A DNA stretch of 64,000 nucleotides from Octopus sinensis (Eukaryota): NCBI RefSeq assembly GCF_006345805.1, contig NC_043013.1, positions 28,396,001 through 28,460,000 of the forward strand. The letters run 5' to 3'. Below the pieces are notes generated by a model. It did no database searches. It was not told where the DNA came from and saw nothing but the letters and a program-made list of their open reading frames with translations. This document shows, one piece after another, positions 52,001 through 64,000 of this stretch; the first letter of the stretch is position 1, and each line of letters starts with the position of its first letter. The translations under genes were made by a program, and so were the position numbers.

Positions 52001-52559
52001 CTTTCTTCCAGTAACAAACAAAACAAAACAAAGGCAACAAAATTGGAGAATGCAGCAAATAGACAAGAGACTTCCTTCCACAGTACAGGCATGGTTGTGT
52101 GATAAGAAGCTTGCTTCTCAACCATATGGCTTCAAGTTCAGTCCCACTGCATAACACCTTGGGCAACTGTCTTCTACTATAATCTTGGACCAACCAAAGT
52201 CTTGTGAATGGATTTGGTTGAAAGAATCTGTGTGGAAACCTGTCATATGGTTGGGAAGCAAACTTCTTGCCACACAGCCAAATCTGCATCTCTACAGTAG
52301 GAAAATCAGTTTTAAAGGCAACACCTTGTATCACATGACCCAAATCATTGTAATGGTAACTTCCTGTATTGTTGAGTGGCCTGGAAAAGATTCCATTCCA
52401 GCTTGGGGAACACACAAAATGCTGAGAATGTGGCAATCACTTTTCCATGCTTGTATGGAGTTTATTGAAGCAGATTTTCTACAGCTAGATGTTGTTCCTG
52501 TCATCAACCCTCACCTGTTTCCAGACTAGGGAATAGTCCCTCATTATCGAGTATATTCT

Positions 52560-52820
52560 TGCAGAACATTGGAAATGAATAATTATATGTTGTGTGCAGG
52601 AGAGGAGGCTGTACTGGTTTGGTCATGTGATGCAGATGGATGCCAACAGCTCCATAAGGAAGTGCCAATCTCTCAAAGTGGGAGAACCAGAAAGACATGG
52701 AATGAAGTAGTGAAGAATGACCACAGGAAGCTGAACCTTTCAGGCAAGATGACAAAGGACTGCGATGCCCGGTGCCTTGTTGTACTCAAGATGACCCACA
52801 CTCCACAGCAGAAGTGTTAA
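52560..52820 (+). mobile_element. RTE-clade LINE 3' relic
   Basis: ORF contains GRTRKTWNEVVKNDHRKLNLSGKMTKDCDAR; same type as 15820-16185. Confidence 0.75.
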
Positions 52821-55499
52821 GTCCAATCTCTCCCTGGTGGAGAGAATTGACCTGCAAGAATCCTGCACTGGTGCCACATAAAAAGTATTTGTGGTGGTGC
52901 TATGTAAAGGTGCCCGTGTGGTGCCACATAAGAGCACCTGTGTGGGGGCCACATAAAAGCACCTGGCACACTCTGTAAAGTGGTTGGCATTCTGAAGAGC
53001 ACCCAGCCATAGAAACCATGTCAAATCAGACTGGAGCCTGGCGCATCTCTTTGGCTTGTCAGCTCTGGTCAGACTATCCAACCCATGCCAGCATGGACAA
53101 CGGACATTAAAAATAATGATGAATGACACTGCCTTATATGTATATCTATAAATATAAACATATATATATATATGTATGTATGTATATGTATGTATATATA
53201 TATGTATATATGTATGTTATATATATATATGTATGTATAAATATATATGTGTGTGTATATATGTATGTATAAATATATGCATGTACATATATATATATAT
53301 ATATATAGGTATACACATACATACACAGAGTAATACCTCACTTTAAGAGGACTGACTTTACGAGACCCTGGGTTTAAGAGTTTTATTTTATAATAAATAT
53401 AAAAAAAGGTTAAAGCACAAGATCCAAATTTACATAAAATATTCTTTACATTATATTGTTGTTTTATTGCCATTTATTTCCGAGTATTACAAATTTTATT
53501 GGTAAAATGTTTTTCTGGGAATGAATTAAGAATCATAACACAGCGTCTATGGAATATTATTGCTCTGCTTTATGAGTTTCCACTTTACGAATGATCTGTC
53601 GGAATAAATTAACTCATATATCAAAAGATTACTGTATATATATATGTGTGTGTGTGTGTGTGTATCATCATCATCATCGTTTAATGTCCGTCTTCCAAAC
53701 AATGAATATGATAGTGATGAGGATATACACACACATACATATATATGATGGACTTCTTTCAGTTTCCGTCTACCAAATCCACTCACAATGCTTTGGCCAG
53801 CCTGAGGCTATAGTAGAAGACACTTGCCCGAGGTGCCATGCAGTGAGACTGAACCTGGAACCATGTGGTTGGGAAGGAAGCTACTTACCACACAGCCACT
53901 CCTGCACCTATAGTACAAAATATTTACCTTGCAGTGGAATTGAACCCCCCAAAACTATGTTCAGAAGCAAACTTCTCAACCACACAGCCATGCCAGTAGC
54001 TTTTCTGAAGCAAATAATCTAATCAATAGAACAACTTCTCCATTTCTTATGTAGCTGTCATTTGGTCATGTGCTTCTCTGCTGTTAATGTTTCTAACATG
54101 ACGACACCTTCAGTTTCTCCAACTGCTATTGCTACTAATGTTCACTCTCCAGTGCTTTCCATGCTACCAGCAATACTAAAATATCCTAATCCTTGTTGGA
54201 ATTTAACGAGTTGTCCAATGCCATTGCAGATCTTGAAGGAGATTCAGAAGCTGACAAAGAAATTGTTATTAATGTGATTTATCTTTTGTGGTTGGATTAA
54301 TGTTATATTTATAGTATTCAAAATAATTGGTTCTATTATTAATTCATACTCATAGGCGGCAGGCTGTCAGAATTGTTAACATGTTGGAAGAAATGCTCAG
54401 CAGCATTTCATCCAGCTCTTTACGTTCTGAGTTCAAACCCCACTGAGGTCAACTTTGTCTCTAAAATTGCAGGGGGATTCTACTGAAATTTAAAGTTACG
54501 TAGGTCTTTATGTTCTGAGTTGAAATTCTGCCAAGGTTGACTTTGCCTATCATCTTTTTAGGGGTCAATAAAATAAAGTACCAGTCAAGTACTGGGGTCA
54601 GTGTAATCATTTTGTCCCTTCCCCTCAGATCTGCTGGTCTCATGCCAAAGCTTGAAAAGAATTACCAATTCATACGCATATGCTGTTTTCATCTTCAGAA
54701 TAATTTTGGTATGCCTCTTAGATAACATTGGTGATCACAATATGTAATTATAACAAACATCTGAGGATTTGAACCTACTCTTGATACTAAATTATCTCTA
54801 TTACTCATGCTTTCAATTTACTTAGCTAAACTAATTAATTAATTACTATTGCATACTTATTCACTTACTATCCATTATGGATTTATTTAATTATCACAAA
54901 AATGGATTGAACGGCTTCACAGCAGGTTGGCTTGTATCTTCAATGATGCAGAGCAATGAGAGAATAATCACGTTGCTGACTGAGTGGAATTGTTGTACCA
55001 ACCAATTGTTTGAGCAGTGAGCATGACTTTTTCAAAAGATTTATGCTTTTGAATGGATATCTTATCAAATCAGGTTTGGATAGACTTTTGTTACGATCAA
55101 ATCATAAAGCTGGCTACTCGGTTTCCATGGAGTATAAGTGACCAAATTCGTAACATTCCTCTGAGTGGGATACTGTTCTGATGCAGGGTCCAAGACCAGC
55201 AATTTTGCTGGGAAGGGACAAGTTGATTACATAAACCCCTTGTATTTGACTGGTAATTTATTCTCTCTACCATGAAAGGCAAAGTTGACCTTGGCAGGAT
55301 TTGAAACCAAGATGTAAAGAGCTAGAAGAAATGCTGCTAACCATTTTGTCAGACTTGCTAATGATTATGTCAGCTCACTGACTTAGTCAACTCAACCATG
55401 CAACAGTAAAAATTCTTCAACACTTCACTACTCAATGCAAATTTCTTTAACTTTTCACTGAATTAAAGTCATCATTGGGTTTGTTTTCACTAGAGAAGA

Positions 55500-56180
55500 C
55501 TGAATTATCAATGTTGAGCATGGTTGTTGCCAGTGCTGCTGGAATGGCTCCCGTGCAGGTAGCATGTAAAAAACACCTTTTGAGTGTGGTCATTGCCAGA
55601 ACTGCCTGGCTGGCCCTCATGCCGGTGTCACGTAAAAGCACCCACTACACTCACAGAGTGGTTGGCGTTAGGAAGAGCATCTAGCTGTAGAAACTTTGCC
55701 AGATCAGATTGAGCCTGGTGCAGCCTTTTGTCTCACCAGTCCTCAGTCAAACTGTCCAACCCATGCCAGCATGGAAAGCAGATGTTAAACGATGATGGTG
55801 ATGATGATGTCTATATGAACAACTAAGGATTTGAGTGATCTTAGTGGTCTTGGAGGATCTGTGAAGGCCATGAGTACAGCTCCTGCTTTTAACCCAACCT
55901 AATAAATGAGAGGGAATATATTCTGTTGAGCCCATTGGCACTGAGAAAGGCATCCAGCCATGAAAACCATGTCAAGGCAGATTTTGCTGGTGTTGGTTCC
56001 ATGTAGAAAGCACCCAGTCAACTCTGTAAAGTGGTTGGCATTAGGAAGGGTATTCTGCCATACAAATTATGCCAAAGCAGACAGTGGAGTTTGGCACAGT
56101 CTTCTGGCTTGCCAGCTCCTGTTAAACCATCCACCCAATGCTAGCATGGAAGATGGACGTTAAATGAATATGATGATTAT
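55500..56180 (+). mobile_element. Two family D elements/tails (55500-55810, 55985-56180)
   Basis: Shared ggttggc(g/a)ttaggaag...gcatggaa...gttaaa.gatgat tail. Confidence 0.75.
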
Positions 56181-56582
56181 GGCATATGTGAAATGAGGGT
56201 GATGGATTGGTGGAATAAGTGGCTTTCCTTGATATGCCAATCTCATTTATATTGTCAAATATAATTTGAGTACAGCCAGTTTTCCACTGTTAATGGAACC
56301 TGTCGTGTTAGGCTGTAGGAACAACATCACAATTTTTTTTGTTCTGAAGTAGCAAGTCTCTCATCTCAGATGTGACCTGCAGCAATATTTTCTCCAGCAA
56401 CAACCTGGGGATAATAACATCAGATCCAGATTCATCATGCCAACAAATGGAGAATTACAAGCTGACAAAATGCTAGCTGCTTTCTGGTATGTTTTTTTTT
56501 TTACCCCTGAACCTATAGTTCTGGGACCCTGTTCTGCTTCCTGTTACTCAGTTGGATATCAAAAATAAGGATTACCACTCAC

Positions 56583-56716
56583 AGGAATATATCCTGCACT
56601 GTGGCCAAGAGCTTTTAGCTCATCTTCTTCACTAGTGTTCAAGGTAACACATTCACCATTCTGTCTGTCTGTTGAGACTATGAAACATTTTACATGACCT
56701 GCTGTGACACAGTTCT
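56583..56716 (-). CDS. Candidate internal exon (phase 1 to 0): NCVTAGHVKCFIVSTDRQNGECVTLNTSEEDELKALGHSAGYIP
   Basis: Strong donor CCT|gtgagt, acceptor caattttatag, 134 nt, the only open frame of three, unique sequence. Confidence 0.45.
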
Positions 56717-56830
56717 CTATAAAATTGCTTTCACACAGTTTCCATCAATGGTAGGAAAAACTTGTCTAAGGTGGTGCACAATGAGGCAAAACCAGAAACT
56801 CTGTTGTTGCAAAATGAACATTTCCCTACC

Positions 56831-56903
<73 letters not shown>

Positions 56904-57272
56904 CTGAATGGGCAACAAAAAAAAAGAAACTCTCTCAACCCAGGAACACCTTAAATTCCAGGATGGAAGTCTTTGGACCCTGCTTACACTTCAGGAGATT
57001 TCTACTGAAGCCCTGGAACTCACAAACCAGCCACATTGATTACAGATAGCAGCCTAAGGAAGATAAAGCCTTGTACTTAACCCTTTTCCTTTGTCCATGC
57101 ATTCAACAACTAACTACAAGGTCTTTTCTCCCTCCACTTTGGAAGAGAGGCTATAGGCCACCAGCCATTAGGGTCTGAAGAGATGCCATAAAGCTAAGTG
57201 CTTCATCAACATGAAACCCAGGGTAACCCCATAGACTGGCCATAACTATCTTTATCTAATATGTGTGTATGC

Positions 57273-57309
<37 letters not shown>

Positions 57310-57818
57310 AAGGCACATGGCCTAGAAGTTAAGGTAATGCACTCGAGGTTGCTAGACCATGGGTTCGATTCCCAGATGGGGTGGTGCATAGTGTGTTCTT
57401 GAGCAAAACCCTTCATTTCACATTACTCCAGCCCACTCAGCAGTAAATGGGTTCACTCTGTGACGGATTGACATTCTGGTCTGGAGTATGTTGGCTTGCT
57501 TGTCTAGTGACTGGGGTGGTGTCGTTCAAAAGCAAAAACAGTGCAAAGTGCATTGTGACCAGTGATGTATAGCAACATCTGATAGTCTAGTTGATACTGT
57601 GATATACACCCCCCCCCACACACACGCACGCGCACACACACACACAGTCCACTCTGTAGAGGGGTTGGTGTTAGGAAGGGCATGTAGCCATAAAAACCAT
57701 GTCAAAACAGACACAGTAACCTAGGATAGTCTTCTACCTGGCCGGCTCCTGTCAAAGCATCCAGCCCATGCCAGCATGGAAGGCAGACATTAAATGATGA
57801 CGATGACAATAATGATGA

Positions 57819-57855
<37 letters not shown>

Positions 57856-57857
<2 letters not shown>

Positions 57858-58017
57858 ATATTTTGACATGTATAAGGAACCATTTTTTGTCAAAAATTAG
57901 TTAAAAAAAATATGGGAGTTTCTTATACATGGATAGTATTATAATCCTTTACAAAACCATTTTTCCAAATTTTAAGCCCACCAAATTAGGGGGTTCCTTA
58001 TACGTGTTAAAATACGG
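57856..58017. mobile_element. Tc1/mariner-type (pogo/Tc2-like) MITE in a (TA)n tract
   Basis: TIRs CCATATTTTGACATGTATAAGGAACC / GGTTCCTTATACGTGTTAAAATACGG, TA on both sides. Confidence 0.8.
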
Positions 58018-58329
58018 TATATATATATATATAGCATGGAAGGCGGATGTTAAACAATGATGATGATGATATATTTTCACACGCATACACACATGCATAC
58101 ACACATGAATACATGCACACACACGCACACATACATAATACATGTACAATATTTATGCAAACAGTGCTAATACAGCAATTACACTTACATGACCCCAACA
58201 ACAAATCAGTGAGTACATGGGGGTGTACCAAACCTACTCCACTCACACACACAACACACACACACACACACACACATTATATAGATATCTACATACACAC
58301 TACATACTTATGAACACACACACACACAG

Positions 58330-58760
58330 TATAATCATCATCATCATTGTCATTAAGGTCAGCTTTCCATGCTGGCATGGGTTGGATGGTTTCATTGAGG
58401 ACTGGCAAGCCAGAAGGCTGCACCAGGCTCCAACCCGATCTAGCAAAGTTTCTACAGCTGGATGTCCTTCCTAATGCCAACCACTCCGAGAGTGCAGTGG
58501 GTGCTTTTTACTTGCCCCCAGCACAAGGACCATTCAGGCAGTACTGGCATTGACCATGCTCAAATGGTGCATTTTATGTGCCACTGGCACAAGGGCCATT
58601 CAGGCAGTACTGGCATTGGCCACACTTGAATGGTGCTTTTTACATGCCACTGGCACAGGAGCCAGTCAGGCTGCACTGGCAACGACCATGCTCGAACGCT
58701 ACTTTTTACGTGCCACCAGCACGGGAGCCAGTCAGGCGGCACATCTACATACACATCATC
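58330..58760 (-). mobile_element. Family D element with several degenerate internal subunits
   Basis: Reverse tail, then repeated gtgc.ttttatgtgccactggcac..gcca.tcagg units related to the 66-bp array. Confidence 0.8.
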
Positions 58761-58881
58761 ATCATCATCATCATCGTTTAACGTCCGTTCTCCACGCTAG
58801 CATCGGTTGGACGGTTCGACCGGGGATCTGGGAAGCCAGAAGGCTGCACCAGGCTCCAGTCTGATCTACATAACTATGCGC

Positions 58882-58912
<31 letters not shown>

Positions 58913-58931
58913 AACAGATTGACAGACTGAC

Positions 58932-59018
58932 AATGATTTCTTCAAAGATCTTTCTTTCACTAGGACCATTAAAAACAACACACAGCAGTTCTTCCATACA
59001 TTTTTGTTGAATGGTTTT
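58932..59018 (-). CDS. Candidate 87-nt exon; two frames open (KTIQQKCMEELLCVVFNGPSERKIFEEII or KPFNKNVWKNCCVLFLMVLVKERSLKKS)
   Basis: Long T-rich tract ending tttttttttcttctctgaag as acceptor; donor ATT|gtcagt. Confidence 0.45.
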
Positions 59019-59463
59019 CTTCAGAGAAGAAAAAAAAACCCCAAAAAACAAAAACAAACAAAAAAAAACAACAAAACCCCCCAAAAACGTAGCCTCCACC
59101 ACATCTTCCAAATTTAGCACCATCCTTAGAGGAATTCATTTAGAAACAGTTTGACAGTTTGCAAGCTACTTAAAGCTATCCAAAGTAACAGTGCTGAGTT
59201 ATGAGAGTCTCATCAATCACAAGGCACATCTTCATCGTGTTGCTGTTGCTGTTGTTGTTGTTGTTGCTGTTGTTTTGTTGTTGCGGTTGTTGTTGTTGTT
59301 GTTGTCTAGCTTAGATGGTTGTCCTTAATTACTTAGTTTCATTTTACAACAAATGCCGTTATAAATCGCAATACCGGTGTTGGTCTGCATTACCTATGTG
59401 TGCATTTCTCATGGGAAATCACGCCTAAATTGATATTTGTGCACATACGCACATGCAGGCAAA

Positions 59464-59508
<45 letters not shown>

Positions 59509-60154
59509 CTACACATACACAGGCATACATGTGTGTGTGTATGTGTGTGAGTATATATATGTGTATATACTTGTGTGTGTATATATATGTGCACATGCAT
59601 ATGTGTATGTATATATATATATGTATGTATAGATATGTATATGTATATGTACATATTTATATATGTGTGTATATCTATATGTATATATATGTATATGTAT
59701 GTATATGTATATGTATATGTGTGTATATATATATATATATACACACACACTCACACATATAAACTCATTCAATCTTAGACGCACACAGGCATATAAAAAT
59801 ACGTTCACTGTTTCACAGATAGAGGTACACAGACATAAGTACATGTATAGACACGCCTGCACACACATACACACACACACACACACACACGCACACACAC
59901 ACATCTGGACTCTTACACGCATTCATGCATGCATGAATACATACATCAGGTCATATAGCTACATTCGTAAGTACATTTACTCTTAGAAATACAGACGGAC
60001 TGACACACAGTCTCACATGCAGTCAGTGTTACCAACCAAATATACACAAGCACACGTGCATAAATTTGTAGATGCATACACACTTATGCACATATATAGG
60101 CAATGTATGTACACACATTTTCACAAATACACATATTCACAAATATACATATAT

Positions 60155-60203
<49 letters not shown>

Positions 60204-60244
60204 CACACACACACACACATATATATATACACACACACACACAC

Positions 60245-60292
<48 letters not shown>

Positions 60293-60363
60293 ACTTACAT
60301 ATACATGTAGAGGTGCACAGATTTAAACATCTAGATCTTACATGCATGAATACACACAAATGT

Positions 60364-60722
60364 GGCATTCCGTCGGTTATGACGACGAGGGTTCTGATCA
60401 ATGGAACAGCCTGCTCGTGAAATTAATGTGCAAGTGGCTGAGCACTCCATAGACACGTGTACCCTTAATGTAGTTCTCAAGGAGATTCAGCATGACACAG
60501 AGTGTGACAAGGCTGGTTGTTTGAAATACAGGTACAACAGAAACATGAAGAATGAGTGAGAGAAAGTTGTGGTGAAAGAGTACAGCAGGATTCACCACCA
60601 CCCTCTGCTGGAGCTTTAGGTGTGTTTGCTCAATAAACACTCACAACGCCCGGTCTGGGACTCGAAACTGCAATCCTACAACCACAAGTTTACTGCCCTA
60701 ACCACTGGGCCATTGTGCCTCC
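60364..60722 (-). mobile_element. SINE family B, full length
   Basis: Reverse-orientation match to 21636-22013. Confidence 0.85.
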
Positions 60723-60794
60723 ACCCACACAAACACTCTTAGATATATGCAGACATATATATATATATGTGTTATGTTATGTTTTATATATTTA

Positions 60795-61012
60795 TTTCTT
60801 TATTGCCCACAGGGGGCTAAACATAACGGGGACAAACAAAGGGATTAAGTCAATTACGTTGACCCCAGTGCGTAACTAGTACTTATTTAACTGACCCCGA
60901 AAGGAAGAAAGGCAAAGTTGACCTCAGCAGAATTTGATCTCAGAAGATAATGTCAGACGAAATGCCACTAAGCACTTCGCCTGGCATGCTAACAATTCTG
61001 CCAGCTTGCTGC
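60795..61012 (-). mobile_element. SINE family C
   Basis: Colinear with 46003-46232. Confidence 0.8.
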
Positions 61013-61027
61013 CTTACGTTTTGTATC

Positions 61028-61095
<68 letters not shown>

Positions 61096-61099
61096 CTCC

Positions 61100-61154
<55 letters not shown>

Positions 61155-61219
61155 GTGGATGTTATATCTGCTAAAATGAATTGATAAACCTACATATAAC
61201 ATCCAAAGGTATATCTTTT

Positions 61220-61318
61220 TCCTTCTGATGAAATTATGCTCAGGTTACATAAATGTAAATTTAACGTACAAATTTGTAATTCGATTACTGAGTATTAATT
61301 GAAACAGCTGTAAGAAGC
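61220..61318 (+). ncRNA. Hammerhead ribozyme motif (type I, Penelope-style short stem III, extended stem II)
   Basis: CTGATGA (61225-61231); stem II aattatgctcag/ctgagtattaatt; GAAA (61301-61304); C-AGCT-G; cleavage triplet GTA (61310-61312). Stem I is weak. Confidence 0.6.
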
Positions 61319-61662
61319 GAAGATGATCAATTCATTGTTAATAATAAACAGTTATTGACTTCCTAATCTCCATTTTCTTTTCTTCTTTTAAATGGATATA
61401 AACTATAGGCTTTATATATACCTATTGTTTTAAGGAAGTGGAGGTGCAATGGCCCAGCGGTTAGGGCAGCGGACTCGTGGTTGTAGGATCACAGTTTCGA
61501 GTCCCAGACCAAGTATTGTGAGCGTTTATTGGTGGTAGAAAACCCTGCTGTGCTCTTTCACTACAACTTTCTCTCACTCTTTTTTCCTGTGCATTGCTGG
61601 GTAAACAGGGACAAGGCTACCAACAGTACCATAGGAATGTTCAAAATATGTGTAGTTATAAT

Positions 61663-61940
61663 CAGGGCTGTGGAGTCGGAGTTAGAGTCGGAAACAATTA
61701 AGGGGTAGCTGGAGTCAGTCAGTAAAACTATACTAACTCCGACACACAATATCATTATTCGTTAATATAAACCAGTTATAACATAGAGGCCTACTCATAG
61801 TACAAGTGTATGCATATGCATTTATGAGATGTGTAGACCACAATCCCTTAATTACATAAAGAGGAGTCAGAGTCGGAGGTGCCAATAGTAGAGGAGTCAG
61901 AGTCTGAGTCGAATTTTTTTGTTTCGATTCCACAGCCGTG
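61663..61940. mobile_element. hAT-like MITE with subterminal GGAGTC repeats
   Basis: TIRs CAGGGCTGTGGAGTCG / CGATTCCACAGCCGTG; 8-bp flanks gttataat / gttattat (7/8). Confidence 0.75.
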
Positions 61941-62399
61941 GTTATTATACATTATATTGTAGAGATAGAAATTACAGGAATTTCAGATAGAATATAATTG
62001 GCATTTATGATGCCATATCTTTTATCTTTCACTTGTTCCAGCCATTGGACTGCAGCCATACTGGGACACTGCCTTGAAGGTGTGTGGCTTCGTGGTTAAC
62101 GGCATTGGACTCATGGTTGTAAGATTGTGGTTTTGATTCCTGGGCTGGGTGATGCATTGTGTTCTTGAGCAAAACACTTCATTTCACATTCTCCAGCTCA
62201 CTCAACTGACAAAAATGAGTAATCCTGCGATGAACTAGCGTCCCATCCAGGTGAGGAATTCATATGCCACGAAACCAGAAATGTGGCCCTTATGAGCCGG
62301 TATGACTTAACTTAACATGAATGTAACTAAAGAATTATATTGTAGAGGTAGAAATTGCAAGAATTTTGGATAGAATACACTTGGCATTTATGATGCCAA

Positions 62400-62770
62400 A
62401 TCTTTTACTGTTTACTTATTTCAGTCATTAGAATGTGGCCATGCTGGGGCACTGCCTCGACTCCATCCATTATACATGTTTCTTTTTAAAGTCTGGTTCT
62501 TATTCTATCTGTCTCTTTTGCCGTATTGCTAAGTTGTGGGGACATAAATAAAGCAACACCAGTTGTGAGCAGTGGGCAGCAGTATTTGTGATACACACAT
62601 GCATACACACACACAGATGATGAGTTTCTGCTCAGTTTCTGTTCAGCAAAGCCACTTGCAAGGCATTGGTCAGCCTGGGTCTATAGCAGAAGACATTTGC
62701 CCGAGGTGCTGCACAATGGAACTGAACCGCAAACCATTTGGTTACAAGGCAAGCTTCTCTACCACACAGT
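62400..62770 (-). mobile_element. SINE family A, degenerate
   Basis: Colinear with other copies. Confidence 0.7.
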
Positions 62771-63092
62771 CATTCTTCTTCATCATCATCTTCATCATCA
62801 TGTCCGTTTTCCATGCTGGTATGGGTTTAACCTCTCCGAGAAAGTAGTGGGTGCTTTTCACATGCCACTGGCAAGGTACCAGTCAGGCAGTACTGGCATT
62901 GACCATGTTCAGATGGTACATTTTACATGCCACCGGCATGGAGAACGAGTCCGGTGGCACTGGCATCATGCCTATATAATTCCATGCTGGAAGTCTTCAA
63001 GTTAATTGATGTGTAATTCAATTCAGCAGGTTATTTCTAGCTGGACACATCAAATAGAGGTGGGACATTTTTTCTCCTGTGCTGGACATTAC

Positions 63093-63279
63093 TTATCCTG
63101 CTTATGTTCTGTCCATGACTGACCAATTATCTTGCAAAGATAAATTAGCGCAGCTAAGAAAAATAGCAGAAAAATAAACTGAGCATATCTAATTTGACAG
63201 GAAGGAAAGATTGGTAGGTGTTCTGTAGTGTAATTGGTAATGCTTTCACCATAGCAATTGAGAGATACATCATTCAATT
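63093..63279 (-). CDS. Weak candidate exon with a hydrophobic segment: LNDVSLNCYGESITNYTTEHLPIFPSCQIRYAQFIFLLFFLAALIYLCKIIGQSWTEHKQD
   Basis: Open frame of 61 codons; donor AA|gtaatg. Acceptor is either cacttataag (long form) or gctaatttatctttgcaag (38-nt form, 63093-63130). Confidence 0.25.
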
Positions 63280-63445
63280 CTTATAAGTGGGCTCTTTTCT
63301 CTTTGAAATTGTTGCTTATGGCGCCTAATGTCACTTTGGATTGGAAACCCAAAATTATTACTCACACTGTATAAATTTATATACGTGTATGTATATGTGT
63401 GTGTATATGTGTGTGAGCGTTAGTGTATATATATCTATATGTATG

Positions 63446-63499
<54 letters not shown>

Positions 63500-63565
63500 G
63501 TATGTATGTATATATATGTGAATGTTTTATATATGTATGTATGTATGTATATATATATATGTGAA

Positions 63566-63653
<88 letters not shown>

Positions 63654-64000
63654 TAAGTATATATGTGTGTATGTATGTGTGTCGGTGTAGGCTTAGCTGT
63701 TAAAGTTTATGTGGTGGTGCTGGTGCTACTTTCCAGACCATGTGTGTTCTCAGGTTCAGTCCCACTGCGTGGCATCATGGGCATGTCTTCTACTGTATAT
63801 TGACTGTGTGTGTGTGTGTACCCTTGTCTTGACACCATGTGATGGTTGTAAGTGAGCGTCATCATGATATGAGTGATGTCATTTGTTTCTAGTAGTTTGT
63901 AAGAAAAACTTGTTTGGTCATGGGTAAATATTACTTTGCTTCGAAACAGGTGAGAGTTGGTGAAAGGAAGGGCATCCAGCTGTAGAAAAATCTGCATGAA

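Noticed and set aside
54062-54277. 71-aa plus-strand ORF after a plausible acceptor
   Set aside because: Protein-like character switches between frames; no good donor; no recognisable motif.

Overview
AT-rich eukaryotic DNA that is extremely rich in microsatellites and almost entirely tiled by interspersed repeats. The repeat make-up points to an octopus/cephalopod genome (inference from remembered repeat biology, not a database hit): tRNA-headed SINEs, dense (TA)n/(CA)n/(TAA)n/(GAT)n tracts and RTE-type tails. I cannot confidently name any protein-coding gene. Nearly all ORFs in the supplied track are translations of simple repeats or of a 66-bp tandem array. A few short unique segments have splice signals and open frames and may be exons of a large minus-strand gene (candidates near 0.5, 36.1, 56.6, 58.9 and 63.1 kb), but they do not join into one phase-consistent model. 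Recognisable elements are: at least four SINE-like families; relics of CR1/L2, RTE, R4/Dong (two copies, both ending in TAA repeats), Penelope GIY-YIG and Ty3/Gypsy retroelements; piggyBac-, hAT- and Tc1/mariner-type MITEs with visible TIRs and TSDs; and four copies of a Helentron/HINE-like element. The best leads are (1) a Penelope-type hammerhead ribozyme motif with an intact catalytic core and a long branched stem II at 61.2-61.3 kb, plus degenerate hammerhead motifs at 15.2 kb and in a tRNA-headed element at 36.4-36.9 kb; (2) a SINE-internal 66-bp unit expanded to about 32 copies with higher-order structure; (3) a near-perfect 103-bp inverted repeat at 50.1/50.6 kb; and (4) a TAA-microsatellite insertion hotspot at 45-47.6 kb.
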